From: the human T2T-CHM13v2.0 reference genome, Homo sapiens
NCBI RefSeq assembly: GCF_009914755.1
Contig: NC_060935.1
Reading direction: 5' to 3' (one strand)
DNA length: 64,000 nucleotides
The translations under genes and the position numbers were made by a program. Under the pieces are notes generated by a model. That model was given only the letters and a program-made list of their open reading frames with translations, was not told where the DNA came from and made no database searches. How positions within the stretch are numbered: position 1 is the first letter of the stretch; each line of letters starts with the position of its first letter. Of the stretch, positions 40,389-53,207 are shown one piece after another.

Positions 40389-41719
40389 TACTACTTATGC
40401 ATGAAAACTCAGATGGGGAGGAAACTCTCTTCTTGTCCCAGGGTAGAGGAAATAGTTAGCTTGGTGTATGTCCACCACACTGTGAACAGCCACTGAACTT
40501 AATTATTTTTATCCCACTAACCTGGAAGCTACTTGAGAGCAGAAACACCATCAAATATATCTTTGGTCCTTCTGTCCATCACCTAACACAGTACTTAGCC
40601 TATAGTTGGCACTCAAAAATATGTGTCATGAAGAAGCATCTGCTAACACTCATTTCCACAGAAAACTGAAATTAAAATTTACTAGAGAATGTCATTCTCT
40701 TGATAAGATGTAATTCATATTCTCAATCCATTATTATCTATGTAATCTGGCCCCCAAACACTTCTGCAGTTTTATTTTTTATCTCTCTGCCTCTCACTCA
40801 CTGTTTTCCAACAACTTTGTGAGGTAGGTACAGTTATTTTTCTATTCTATAAACACAGGAACTGAACCTCAAGCGAAGTATTTTATTTGATTATATGCAT
40901 CCCTTTGGGCAGCAACAGAATGATTTGCACCCGACTTTTCTGCCTTTAAATCTGGTGAACTTCCCACTAGATTGTGGCCCCTGTTGACACTCACTTTAAT
41001 CTGTTAAAAGCCTGTGCAGCATTTAAAAGTTAATTGAGGTCTCCCTTAAATCATGGAGTTTTATAACAGCACTCCAGTCACAGAGACGACTCTGTATTCT
41101 GAAATAATCAACAATCAACTAGATCACTGTACATCACCTACTACTCATGGAGCCTCTCCTATGTTTACATATATTGTTAAATAAAACTATGGTTAAGTAA
41201 CCTCTCATAAGGTTATATCGTTTCTCTCCTATTACTTTCTCTAAAAATTGATAGGAGTCTATATGTAGAAATTAGCCCATTATTTTGAACTTAGTGGGTG
41301 CTGATCTGAGACTATTTCCTCAGGTACCAATCTTCTATTTACAATGGGCTTACAAGATATAGTTGGGATCCTGAAGACTTGTGAAGTGATATCTGAATGA
41401 CACATAATTAATGAGATTCAGGAAGGAGAATTGGGTGAGGTGAAAAGGCCCAGAAACACTGATATTAACATTCCCCTGTGTTTATTAATATATCTATTTT
41501 CAGTCCAATTAATCCTCCATGCCAGAGGTTAAAGAGAAATATTTTCTTTTATTGAAGAATTCTGGAATGATAGTTAAACATAGCCCACATTTATACTTAG
41601 GGAAAGTTCTTCCTTTGTTTCTATTCCCTTGTACTGGGCTATAAACACAGTAACAAGGAGGAGTCCCTCCCTCTCATTCTTACATTCATATTATCAAAAT
41701 ATGTCTCATGTATAACAAG

Positions 41720-43780
41720 TTTTTCATTACAAAAATTAATGTTCACTTTAAGTATTGAAAAACAAAGAGAAGCCATAAGGTGAGAATGAAAACTGTCTCC
41801 TAGTCACACCATTCAGAAATAATCACGGTTCACATTTGACTGTAGCATTTGTACGAAGCCCATGTGTAACTCTTTTGTTCATTTTATGAAATTGTAAAGT
41901 TTATTCTATTGGGAAACAACTTGTTTCATTTAACAATGTACCATGAACATTTTTCCATGTAATTAAGCATTCTACAGTATCATTTTAATGATTACATGAA
42001 TACTGTTTTATGTATTGCAGGAGTATAATAAGCCAATTCATTATTATTAGATATTTAGGCTCTAATATTTTGTTTTGCCATTACAACCAAGGTGAAACCT
42101 TTAGCAGGTTTTTTGACTTCTCTGTCTCTCAGTTTTTCACATTTAAAAAAATGAGAACAATAATGGCGCCGACTCCAAAGGTTGTGTGGTGGATTAAATG
42201 AACTAATTTAAAGCAAATCACGAGTCCAGTGAGTATTGCCATCATTCTTATGTTGCAATAAACATCTTACAGATCATTTTTTGTACATTTTTGTACACTC
42301 TGATTTCTTTGGAATTTTTAAATTAATGATGTTATATTTTATGCCCTTTGATATATAGTGGAAAACTCACTCTCCAAAAATTTTACTAATGTATATACCT
42401 ATTAACAAGGTGTAAAGTATTCATTTCTTTACATCTTTTGGGACTTGGCTCTTATAGCTATTTAGTCTTTTCTAGCATGATGGATATAAAACTGTTATCT
42501 CTTGGCTATTTTAATTCACAATCCTTGGTAGCTTAACATGTTTATCTAGGTTTATTGATCATTCCTAAGTCTTTTTTCACGAATACCAGTTACTGTCTTT
42601 TACCCCGTTTAATGAAGAGCTTTTCATCATTGTTTTTATTGAGTTGCAAAATATGTTTATATATTCAAGGTAACAACTTGTTTTTCTTACATATCATTTT
42701 AAAACTTTTATTGTGTATATTCTTTTACATTCATGCAGAAGGTGTACAATTTTATTTAACTATAGTCATAAATCTTTTTTCCTTCTCAGTCAAGTTTATA
42801 AAGTTCTCAAACATTCTAAGACAAGGTAAATACTCAAGAATACATTTTCTTCTAGAACTAGTATTGATTACATTTTCATTTAGCCTTTTAATTAGAGCTT
42901 ATGGTACAACACAGAAATCTGTCTTTATGTATTATTTTTCACAAATGATAAGCTAATAAGTTTAATAGACTGGGTTTTTATTAGAAATTATGCTTTTATC
43001 ATATATTTTCTGTCCAGTCATTACTGGTAATATACTCCTAAATGTTTTAAAGCTGGTAATGCATTAATAAAATGTTTCTTTTCAATACAGTTTAAAACAA
43101 TTTTCCAATTGTACTTTGAAAAGTAAAATGGTATTAGTATTTTTGCACTGCATTAAAGTTTTAATTGATAATGTAAATGTGAAGTCTTGTGTCAAGTTTC
43201 CCAGTTAAACTATGTTAAATATATCTCTTCATGGAGTCTTTCAGTAGTATTTTAGAGTTTTTCTTGGTATTGACACTAAATATTTCATAGGTTTAGTCAT
43301 ATTTTATGAATTTTTGAAATTAATAGCATTTTTTCTTCATATTGATACAAGCAATAACCAGTGACTACATGTATAATCTTTCTTTTGTAATCTTCTAGTT
43401 GACTGTAATTTTTTTTCTTCAGAAACACTGGGAAAGTTTTATTGAAATGTTTTGTGTTCTCTTTTAGCCAACATCAAAAGGAGAGAAATATTTTGCTGTT
43501 CCACACAAACGAGTTGTTTCATGGAGGAGCTGTGATGCATATTTGGAGCTGGGAAGTGGATATCCCACCAGACACATCTTTTCTTCTTGTTTCTTAAAAC
43601 CTCCTAGTTAAATTTCTTGGCCATTTCAGGAAGAAATCACATAAATTATCATTTTTTAAATTTTAGCATTCATAAATTCAAATTTTTCTTATTTTATCGC
43701 ATTGGATAGAAAGTCCATTCTTTTTATTCATTGGAAGTTCCTGTCACCCTACATGCTGAAAATATTTATATAGTTAGGAA
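41720..43780 (-). mobile_element. Old L1M antisense fragments (with a MIR at ~42090-42245)
   Basis: T-rich antisense L1 3'/ORF2 motifs (CATGAACATTTTTCCATG...; GAAAACTCACTCTCCAAAAATTTTACTAATGTATA); approximate. Confidence 0.55.
43409..43630 (-). pseudogene. Candidate 5'-truncated processed retrocopy (parent unidentified)
   Basis: On the minus strand: ~46-codon open frame ending ...GTAKYFSPFDVG* (stop 43464-43466), AATAAA at 43438-43443, then an A-tract at 43409-43416; composition differs from the flanking L1. Confidence 0.45.
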
Positions 43781-44432
43781 TTCTCTGGAACTACAATACT
43801 ACTGGCTCACATTTACATAGCTTCTTTCAGTTCTCAAAAATCCATTAACATGTCTTACCTCATTTTTTTCTAACAAGTCTGTGATACAGGAAGGTTTTAT
43901 TTTTTCCTCATTTAAAATTTGGAAAAAATAGATTTTAAATAATTCCTACAAGGTACTGAAGCTAGTAATTAAACAAACAGAACAGACTATAATTCAGATT
44001 TTCAGTTTCTAGGCCAGAGTCTAATACAGCAGATCAGCTAGCTTCCTCCTATTATAAAAATCTTTTGGAAAATACTCACATTTTGGGTATACTAAAATAT
44101 TTCTCATAGACAATTGCCTTATATGAGATGTTATTAGGAAACTATTACTCGTTAAATATCATGCACATCTGTTTCATTGGACAGTATGTAAAATAACTAA
44201 ATTACTGCAAGTTGACATCAATTCAGAAATTACAATTACAGACCAAAGACTGAGGTACTGGGATATAAGAATGTGCAAGACACAAGCAATGCATTAGTGA
44301 GAATAGGTTAGATTTTGCTGCTTTTAAGACCCCACATTCTTGTGGCTTAAAATTTTACCTCTCTATAAAACAGCATGACCCATTTTGGTGAACGGGGGTG
44401 TGTTGTGTTCATTATAGTAACTTAGAAATCTC

Positions 44433-44478
44433 TGTGTGTGTGCGCGCGCGCGTGTGTGTGTGTGTGTGTGTGTGTGTA
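44433..44478. repeat. (TG)5(CG)5(TG)12 alternating purine-pyrimidine tract
   Basis: Directly visible. Confidence 0.92.
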
Positions 44479-44590
44479 TTTCAACGTACATTTTAGATAC
44501 GGGGTAGATGTGCAAGTTTGTTACATGAGAATATTGTGTGATGCTGGGGTTTGGAGTTCAGATCCTGTCTCCCTGGTAGTGAGCACAATT
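44478..44590 (-). mobile_element. L1PA15/16- or L1PB-like 3' end fragment
   Basis: ATTTCAACGTACATTTTAGATACGGGGTAGATGTGCAAGTTTGTTACATGAGAATATTGTGTGATGCTGGGGTTTGG. Confidence 0.75.
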
Positions 44591-45040
44591 AACATTTTTA
44601 CTTGTTTTTTCAACAATCTGTGTGGCAGAGGAAAGGAATATAACATATTAACCTCTGGTTCTTAAAGTCTCAGGATATAAATAGCACAGATCTCAATGCT
44701 ATACCTAATTTGAAAAGGGGTAGAGAAGTGCAATTCTACCATGTGCTTGGGAGGAGGGGGCCAGAATATTTATAAAGAGCCCTAATGATTCTCAAAATCT
44801 TTGTCCTCAGCTATATATAATATGTTGAAGAAGCTAGAAAAAGTAAATATATAATTGTAGTAATTACAATATAATATGATATATTGAACAAAATAAATGT
44901 GGGGACAAAGCATTTTGGAGGAACAGAATGCAATAACTAAGTGTGCTTGGAGAAGATAGAAAATACTTTTTTAGGAGAAAATGCCATGTGAATTGACCTA
45001 TAAAGATAAATTTACTGGATAGAAAAAACAGGAGAGTGGT

Positions 45041-45088
45041 GCTGTTACTTTCAATGGCAAAAACCACAGTTACTTTTGCACCAACCTA
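45041..45088. mobile_element. MADE1 (Hsmar1-derived MITE), single arm
   Basis: TTACTTTCAATGGCAAAAACCACAGTTACTTTTGCACCAACCTA equals the spacer plus one TIR of MADE1. Confidence 0.88.
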
Positions 45089-46704
45089 GCTTATAAACCT
45101 TGTATTAAGTTCCTTAGAGAAATAGTCACTTAAACAGGCATAAAGGTGGGGAGTTTCAGTGGGCTAATCACATTAAGTTACATGACTTTAGATAAATTAT
45201 TTTACCTCTCTATACTTCAAGTTTCATGACAATTTAAGGGAATTGGATTAAGATTCTCTTAAGCTCTAATAGTCTATATTTGAATTATTTATTTTGGAAA
45301 CTTATTGGTAATTTGCAGTTCTAATACTTTGTCAAGCATTCCATGTCAAAGAAGAGCAGATGGCAGGGATGGCAAATGGTTTTTCACTTTGCATACCAAC
45401 TCTGATTTTTTAGAAGGGCCTCTCTAGAGCAATCTGCTGAGTGAGAGACAGTCTGAGAAAGAATTATTATGAAATTTGCATTTTAGATTGAAATATATAG
45501 GTAAAATAAGATCCCAGTATAAAAATTTTTTGCATCTGTCCAGTGGAAAATTCCTTTTCAGAAGTAAGCTACCATGCAAATGTATTTTTCTGAAACATTT
45601 TTTCACCTTAATGTTTATAACCATCTACTCTTACCAAGTCCTTAGAAATTCAAGACTTGTGTTGTTGATTACAACTAAATCAACTGTGGAGGGAAATAAG
45701 TGAAAAAAAAAACTGGGATGAGACGTGAAATAGGTGGCTAAAAATAGTATATAACAGTGGAATATTGGAATATCTAGTTTTAATTGCCTCAGCCTAATAC
45801 TAATTATTTCAATCTAGTTTGTGACAGAAATCTAATAAAGGATACAGAATATTTTAATTAACCTATCAGAGTAAAAACTTGCTTAAATTATTCTTCAAGT
45901 ATTGGCTATAAATAGATAATGTTTAGTTATGTTGACATAGGTGAGATAGCTATATCTAGAAATGATTGAACATAATTAATAATTATATGCCATAATTATA
46001 TCCAACTTGATTTTACATTTTTCAAGACTTTGCATTCTCTTCTGCTCTTTATACTTAACATAATCACCATACCTGATTCCTACACAGCTTAGGAAAATTA
46101 ATCAGCATACTCTCTATCATTATATGAAAGTAAAATGCATTTGGATGTTTGTTATTGTTTTATTTTCTTATTGTTTACCTGGATTCTTTGTTTGTTCTGC
46201 CATTTTATGGTATCTACCAATACCTCCATAACCACTTGTATTTAAGGATAACCCTTCTTGACACCAATGTATTTAGATTTATGCAGTAAATCACTGTGAT
46301 ATATCATTTATACATATTACTTCTCCAATTCTCCTAACAATTTTTTTGCTGTTAATCTGTGAGGAATAAAAAGGATTTTTATTATTATTATTATTGTTCT
46401 TGTAAAAATGAGAAAACTAAAGCTTAGATAAATTAAATAAATAATTTAGTGTTATCCAGTTTATGTGATTTTGGATTTAAAACAAGGTTTACCAACTTAT
46501 ATGACATTCATTCTTAATATAGGAGAAAGTTATTGCAAGTACACTCATAGAGAAAAATATGGTAGACAGAGTAAATCAGTGTAAAAATGAAGAAACTTTA
46601 AATGGCTATTGGAGATGTTTGCCATTAAATTAGGATGTCTAAACTATTCCCAACTGCCTCACAAGAAATCTACTCATTTTTAGTACTTTTAAACTATTGC
46701 TATG

Positions 46705-46906
46705 GACCAGCATGATTCAATATAATAGCCACCAGCCACAGGTAGCTATTTAAATATAAATGTAAGAATTGACATAAAATAAACTTAAAAATTTATATCT
46801 CAGTTGCACTAACTACATTTCAAATGCTCACGTGCTCAGTAGCTATATGTGGCTGGTGCTTGTCACATTGGACAGCACAGATATGTCCATTATTACAAAG
46901 GTTCTT
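46705..46906 (-). mobile_element. MER3-like hAT-Charlie MITE
   Basis: TAGCCACCAGCCACAGGTAGCTATTTAAAT...ACATTTCAAATGCTCA...ATGTGGCTGGTG...ATTGGACAGCACAG. Confidence 0.8.
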
Positions 46907-47218
46907 AGCATTTATCTAGAGAAATATGTGAGTGAATACTTATTGGTCATCACATATATAACTTTATGATGTTTCATAAGATACATCTACATTTTCTACT
47001 TCTCACATATGAGATTATGGTTGATTGGTGTACACTAGTCATGGGTTCTAATATTACACAGAGTAGGGTACAATATAGGCCTTTAATAGACATTTGTTGT
47101 CACATAATCAATTAAGACTCCATAAAGTAGTTGACAGCTTTTTTATTTTTAATTCATGGGACCTGGATTTAAATCCAAGCTATTGCACTTAGTATCACAC
47201 AGCCTTTAACGGTTATGC

Positions 47219-47248
47219 ATGTGTGTGTGTGTGTGTGTCTGTGTGTGT
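47219..47248. repeat. (TG)n microsatellite
   Basis: Directly visible. Confidence 0.9.
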
Positions 47249-49487
47249 TTAAAAGTGCTTGAGAGAGTGGCCAATAATGCTTAGAAAACAAAACATAAAA
47301 GCCAGTAATTTTGGATCAAGGGTACAATGATAACCCTTTTTTACATTATATAACTCATAACCTCATAACTCTCAATAACTTAATGAAGGTTACTTGAAAC
47401 ACGAATTCAAAGTTCTTCAAGTTAAATACATAGAAATTCTAAGTTAAGGAAGCTAATTCTTTACCAATATATTTACTAATTTCTCTGCTAACAAATTTTT
47501 TAAATTCAACTCCTTTCTTGTGGGTTTAATATTTTTCTTCCTTAAGAAATCAGTTAATGGATCTTTTTAATGTCAAAGATAAATTCACTCTCTCAATCTT
47601 TTCTAGTCTTAAAATGGCCTTAAGTATTACATTATTGACTAATACCTTATTGTAACAATCTCAGTTGACCATTATTTTCCTCCAGTACTTTGGATATATC
47701 AATCAATAGTCTTGTACCATATATTATTGCTTAAGAGAAGCCTATTATCAAATCTATTTCCTTATTATTAGTACTGTGAATTAGTCTTAATAGTTAAAAT
47801 GTTCTATTTTTTGACATTACACATTTTTACTATGAGGCATCTGGTGTGAATTTGTTTTTTTTCTTCTCGGAATTCAATGTAATTCTTTTATATTAGGAAT
47901 TATGTCTTGTTCAATTTTGAGAATTCTTAGGCATTCTATATTCAAATATATAGGGACTTTTCATTATATCTTTGGTGCCTCATAATTTTATTCACATTTT
48001 CTATTTTTTTATTTCTCTGAATTACATTCTGATCCATTTCTTCAGTTTTAACATTTGTTTCAGTTAATACTTCTAGATCTATATACGGTTCATCCTTTAA
48101 ATGACTAATTTAGGCTATTATTTTTTTCAAAAACTATTCATCTTAAAGTTCCACTTGATTACTGCTCATATTTCCTGACTGTTTTTCATTCTATTCTTGC
48201 TTGTTTCTATTTTTTCTTTAGCTATTTGAGCACTTTCAACTATCTTTTACAGTTTATTAGTTTTACTTATATTGTAAATTCCCCTCTTTATACAATTGAC
48301 TGATTCTCTCTCATTGTGGGTTGTTGCACAGTATATTTGTAACTTTTTACTGTGGTCTCATCTTCAGAAGATTTTCTTCTATTGTTATGTGTTTGTGCAT
48401 GCATGTGTATACACTTTCTACCCAGGATTACTGAAGGAGAGTTTTTGATTTGCCTCAGTTCAGGGCCCAAAGTCTTCATTAGTTCTTGATCACTGTTTAT
48501 GTTGACTTTTTATCTAGTGACTATGTATAGAATGATCTAAAAATTTATTAACCAAGCAGTACACTTCTGAAAGTAAACATGGCTTTATAGCAGACATAAA
48601 CCAAGATTGGCTTACATCAGCTAGGACATATAATTTTATTCATGCACCATGAAAACAATGGGAGTATGAATATTATAACCATTTGTGAAACATGCATAGT
48701 ATAGTGATTTTTGTTCCCTTAGGTGATAAACGCTGGGACAATGGAAAGTTCCCATGAAGGTATCTTCAGCCACTGAGAAGTTTTCAAATCCAGTTACATG
48801 GACTAGACAAGTTCTAGTCCATTGACAAGTATCTTTTGGTTTCATGCAGGTAGTTCATTTCCTGTTACCAGGATTTGTTATACATTCTGAGATTTACATC
48901 CCTAGCTTCAGTTCTTAAAAGGCTTACGTCTATCTCTTATCAGCAAATGAATGATTCTGCTTCACATTCAACTCATGTCTCTGCCCCTGGTTATTGTCCT
49001 TATTTGGAATTTGTAGTTATATGAAACATAAAGTTCCATTTAAAATTTTTAAAACTAATTGTTATTCATCATTATTATATATTTGCTTGGAATAGAAGTA
49101 GGCCTGTTTTGTATCAACTTAGTTCATTATATTTGTAGTATCATTTTAGGTAGATTTTTAAATCTAAAAATATAACAAAAATATAAATAAATGTCTAAAA
49201 ATCTAAATATCTAAAATATCTAAAAATCTAAATATAACAACTATAGATAAGTATTCTATTTTTAATACACATTTATTTCTATTTGTGTTCTCGTCAAATA
49301 ATTCCAATAATTTTTTGTAATGTATTAACTAGTTCTCCATCTCTGTCATCTACATTCTTCCCCTTTCTTGATTTATGCTTTTCCTCAATATGGTGCCATT
49401 TCAGATATAAACCAATAATGGCAGATTCTTTACATAAATAGAGGTCTATGATATTGCTAAACATCTGAAAGAGAGGATGACCCATAT

Positions 49488-49970
49488 CAGAAGTTAGCAC
49501 ACTAATGCCTGTGCACTAAATCCAGTTCGTTTATTGATTTTGTGTACCCTGTGATCTAAGAATTATTTTTACCTTTTTAAATAATTTAAAAAATCAAAAG
49601 AATAATTTTTTGACCCATTAATAAAATATGAAATTCAAATTTTATTGTTTATTTTAAAGTTGAATTAAGCTAAGCCACACACATTCATTTATGTATTGTC
49701 GGGGTTTTGTGGTTGTTGCTGTTTTTTAATAGAGACAGGGTCTCACTATTTTACCCAGGCTGGTCTTGAACTCCTGAGCTCAAGCAATTCTCCCACCTCA
49801 TTCCCCCAAAGTGTTGGGATTATAGGTGTGGGCCACCGCACCCAGCCAATTTATGTATTGTCTATTGCTGCTTTCACATTACAATGGCAGAGCTGAGTAT
49901 TTGTAACAAACATCAGATCCATACGTTTAAAATAATGTCTTTACTTCACAAAAATCTTGCTGAACCCCTG
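49488..49970 (+). mobile_element. MER58B hAT-Charlie element, interrupted by an Alu monomer
   Basis: Decayed TIRs CAGAAGTTAGCACACT ... TTGCTGAACCCCTG; internal CTAAGAATTATTTTTACCTTTTTAAA, TATGAAATTCAAATTT, GCTGCTTTCACATTACAATGGCAGAG. Confidence 0.82.
49701..49848 (-). mobile_element. FLAM-type free left Alu monomer
   Basis: Single monomer AGAGACAGGGTCTCACT...CTCCTGAGCTCAAGCAAT...CACCCAGCC; 14-bp TSD ATTTATGTATTGTC at 49687-49700 and 49849-49862. Confidence 0.9.
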
Positions 49971-51339
49971 GCCTCTATAATTAAATAAACAAGGTAATGA
50001 CATATTCATTTTAATCATTTCAGAATTTCTGTGATTAACATCAGTGGGTAGATTTTAAAGGAATTAGTAAGATAAATCTAAGTTTATATAACATTTTGCT
50101 TTAGAGATTGGCAGAAGGTAGGTGGTATCAGAGTGATGTTATGTAATTTATCAGAACACAAATATTGGTACTCGCAAAAGGAAAAATAAAAACAGGAAAT
50201 TGCACATAATGAAAGAAAAGTAATGGTAGAAATGTTATATTATACTTGAAAGTTCAGGTTTATTACAGAAGAAGTTTTCTAATAAGAATCAGCCTGTTAG
50301 AGCACAGATATATATAACAACAACAAAAAAGACTGACATTGTGAAAAAAAAATTCACCATGTAAAATCCTGATACTTTGAATCTTGTGACTTCATAAAGT
50401 GCACACAGATGAACAAATTTGAATGTATCAAATACAGTCCAACAATAATAGTTATAACTATCTTACTAAGAGATGTAAGCACCATATGCTCATCTATGGA
50501 AAAGCTAACAGCAATAAAAAATAAAGAGAAAATGGATATTAGCAAAGGCAACTAAAAGTTTTCTCTCCTAAGAGACAGATGAGTTTCTATTACATATCAA
50601 GGTTACTTTTGTATCAGAAAATAACTAATTGAAACAACAACAACAAAAATAAGTATGATATATAACTAATAAATATTGTACATAATTAATATGCATACTT
50701 CTATATCATCATTTAATAGGATACAATTTATGAGCACTAACACATTTCAAATAATGAATTTAAAATTGCTAAGGTAGTTTTTAAAACCATCTTTTATTTA
50801 AAAATCTGAAGAACAAAGCAAAGTGAAAACATATTCTTATTTTATGTGCTCTTGAATTTACAAAGATATTTTTTAAAACATTTATTTATCTATGTTTAAA
50901 TTCCTGAGGAAATGTACTTATTGGCAGGTCCATGGAATCTGAGAAGAAAACTACCTTCCTTGACAAATGTATAGTAAGTGTCCAATGAGCAACTTGTCAT
51001 AATTGGATCCGCAGTTTCAGGCTGGGTTGAGGGAAGTGAAAAAGCCTACAGGGAGTGAGCATTATGTTGTAAACACTGTGTTAAGTGATTTACATGCGTT
51101 ATTTAATGTGATATACACAAGACTTTGACAAGTTACTCTGCTTTATGCATGAAAAAATTGAGATTCACAGTCAATAAGTTATGCGTCTGTTTCCTAGTCA
51201 GTAGAAAGTTGCAGAGTGGAACTTAGGAGCGATACTTGTTTAAACCTAAAACATGCTATTCTCAAGAAACTACTCTATATTTATGTCAGGATAATCCCAG
51301 GACAGGATATAACTTTAAAATATATCTGAAAGGTAAAAA

Positions 51340-51545
51340 GCACAGACTTGGGACTCAGATAGACCTGTATTTCATATTCAACCTGGATAATTTCAAGTGC
51401 TCATTGGGAAAATACAGAACCTTTTAAACATCAGTTTCCTCATATGTGAAATGGGTGTAAACTCACCTATTACGCAGAATTGTTATGAAGGTCAAACAAT
51501 GTAGGTAAGGCACCTAGCACAGTGCCGGGCACTTAGAAAGTGTCC
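51340..51545 (+). mobile_element. MIR
   Basis: CATCAGTTTCCTCATATGTGAAATGGG core ... GTAAGGCACCTAGCACAGTGCCGGGCAC. Confidence 0.8.
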
Positions 51546-51789
51546 CCTATGCAACAACTGCTTTCATTATCAATGTCAACTCTGTCATCATCACCACAGT
51601 TTCTGTGAGGCTCCTTATTCTTTCCACAAGTAGATTCCCCTCTCTTTATGTCGTAAACCTTACCATTATTACAGTATTTATCACACTGACCTTTAATATT
51701 GGTAATAAGCGTAAAATGTAACATTCTAGCAGATCGTAAAGGTAATTACTATAATAGTAACAAATATTATTTCATTTAACAAATATGAT

Positions 51790-52460
51790 TTTATTTCATT
51801 TCATTACTTTATTAACTTGTTCAACAATAAATGAAGAGCTTTGGTTTGCAGCTCTAAAGGTTTCTTCCCCCATGCACACAGATAACACATAATTCACAAA
51901 CAAACAAAACCAAATAATTTCAGGTAATGACAAATATTATATAGAAAAATAAAATAGAGTGAAGGGAGATATTTTAGATAGGCCATTTGAGCATTCGCTC
52001 TTCTGAAGGGACCCTTGAGAAGAGACTTAAATGAAGGCAAAGAATGAGCCAAGCCCATGTCCAGGAAAAGTCTACAATAGGCAGAGGTAACAGGTATAAA
52101 AACCTGGGTGTTGCAAGGGTAGTGAGCCAGAAGGAAGAGAGAAAGAGATGAAATTCAGAAGATGGATGGTAGAGTTCAAACTTAGAAGTTTGGATGGTAA
52201 TCTAAATGTTACGGGCATCTGTTGGGGAATCTTGAGTAGTGAGGAATACAATTTGATTTATATTTTTTAAAGCCCCTTCTGGCTCTTCTTTGAGAGAGAA
52301 GAGGAAGGAAAGAGGTCAGTCATAGAGCAACATGGCTATTTTCCAAGACACATAAAATTATGGCTTTGACTAGGGACTATAAGGGGATGACAAGTACTCA
52401 GATTTGGGAAATATTTTGTAGGTACACATAATGGGACTTGTTGCTGGATTGAACATGAGA
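51790..52460 (-). mobile_element. L2 fragment
   Basis: TTTCAGGTAATGACAAATATTAT...GAGACTTAAATGAAGG...GATTTGGGAAATATTTTGTAGGTA antisense L2; approximate. Confidence 0.6.
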
Positions 52461-52859
52461 TTTCAAACTTATCCTATATTTCTTCATAAAAAGACTGTTG
52501 ATCTCATTGTGTATACAGCAACAAATGAGAAATTTATCAAAGCAACAAACCACTATGACTAAGCAAAAGTTTGTGAAAAAATGTTTTTTGTTAAAACATG
52601 ACCATATAATATATGCAGAACCATATATACTTCTTATAAATAGTTTAAATGATATGCAAAGTTAAAATAGCTTTTGTAAGTTAAGCTCAAGGGGGCCTTG
52701 GCAATATTCATTATGAAATGTTTGATCACCTACCTCCTGCATCTCTTAGCACCAACACCCCCTCTCCTGCTATTCTTTAATACAGACAATTAACATGTTT
52801 TTCTACCTTCTGTAAAATGTTTTACTAATACTGTTTTCAAGGCCCGGTTCTCCTTCTAA

Positions 52860-53207
<348 letters not shown>

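Noticed and set aside
42555-42956. 133-aa hydrophobic ORF, and a similar one at 33705-34025
   Set aside because: T-rich antisense old L1 sequence giving F/L/I-rich frames; no domain or splice support
45041-45088. miR-548-family gene
   Set aside because: Only one MADE1 arm is present, so no precursor hairpin can form
49160-49240. Short (AAATATCTA)-like tandem repeat
   Set aside because: Degenerate low-complexity AT repeat with no further structure
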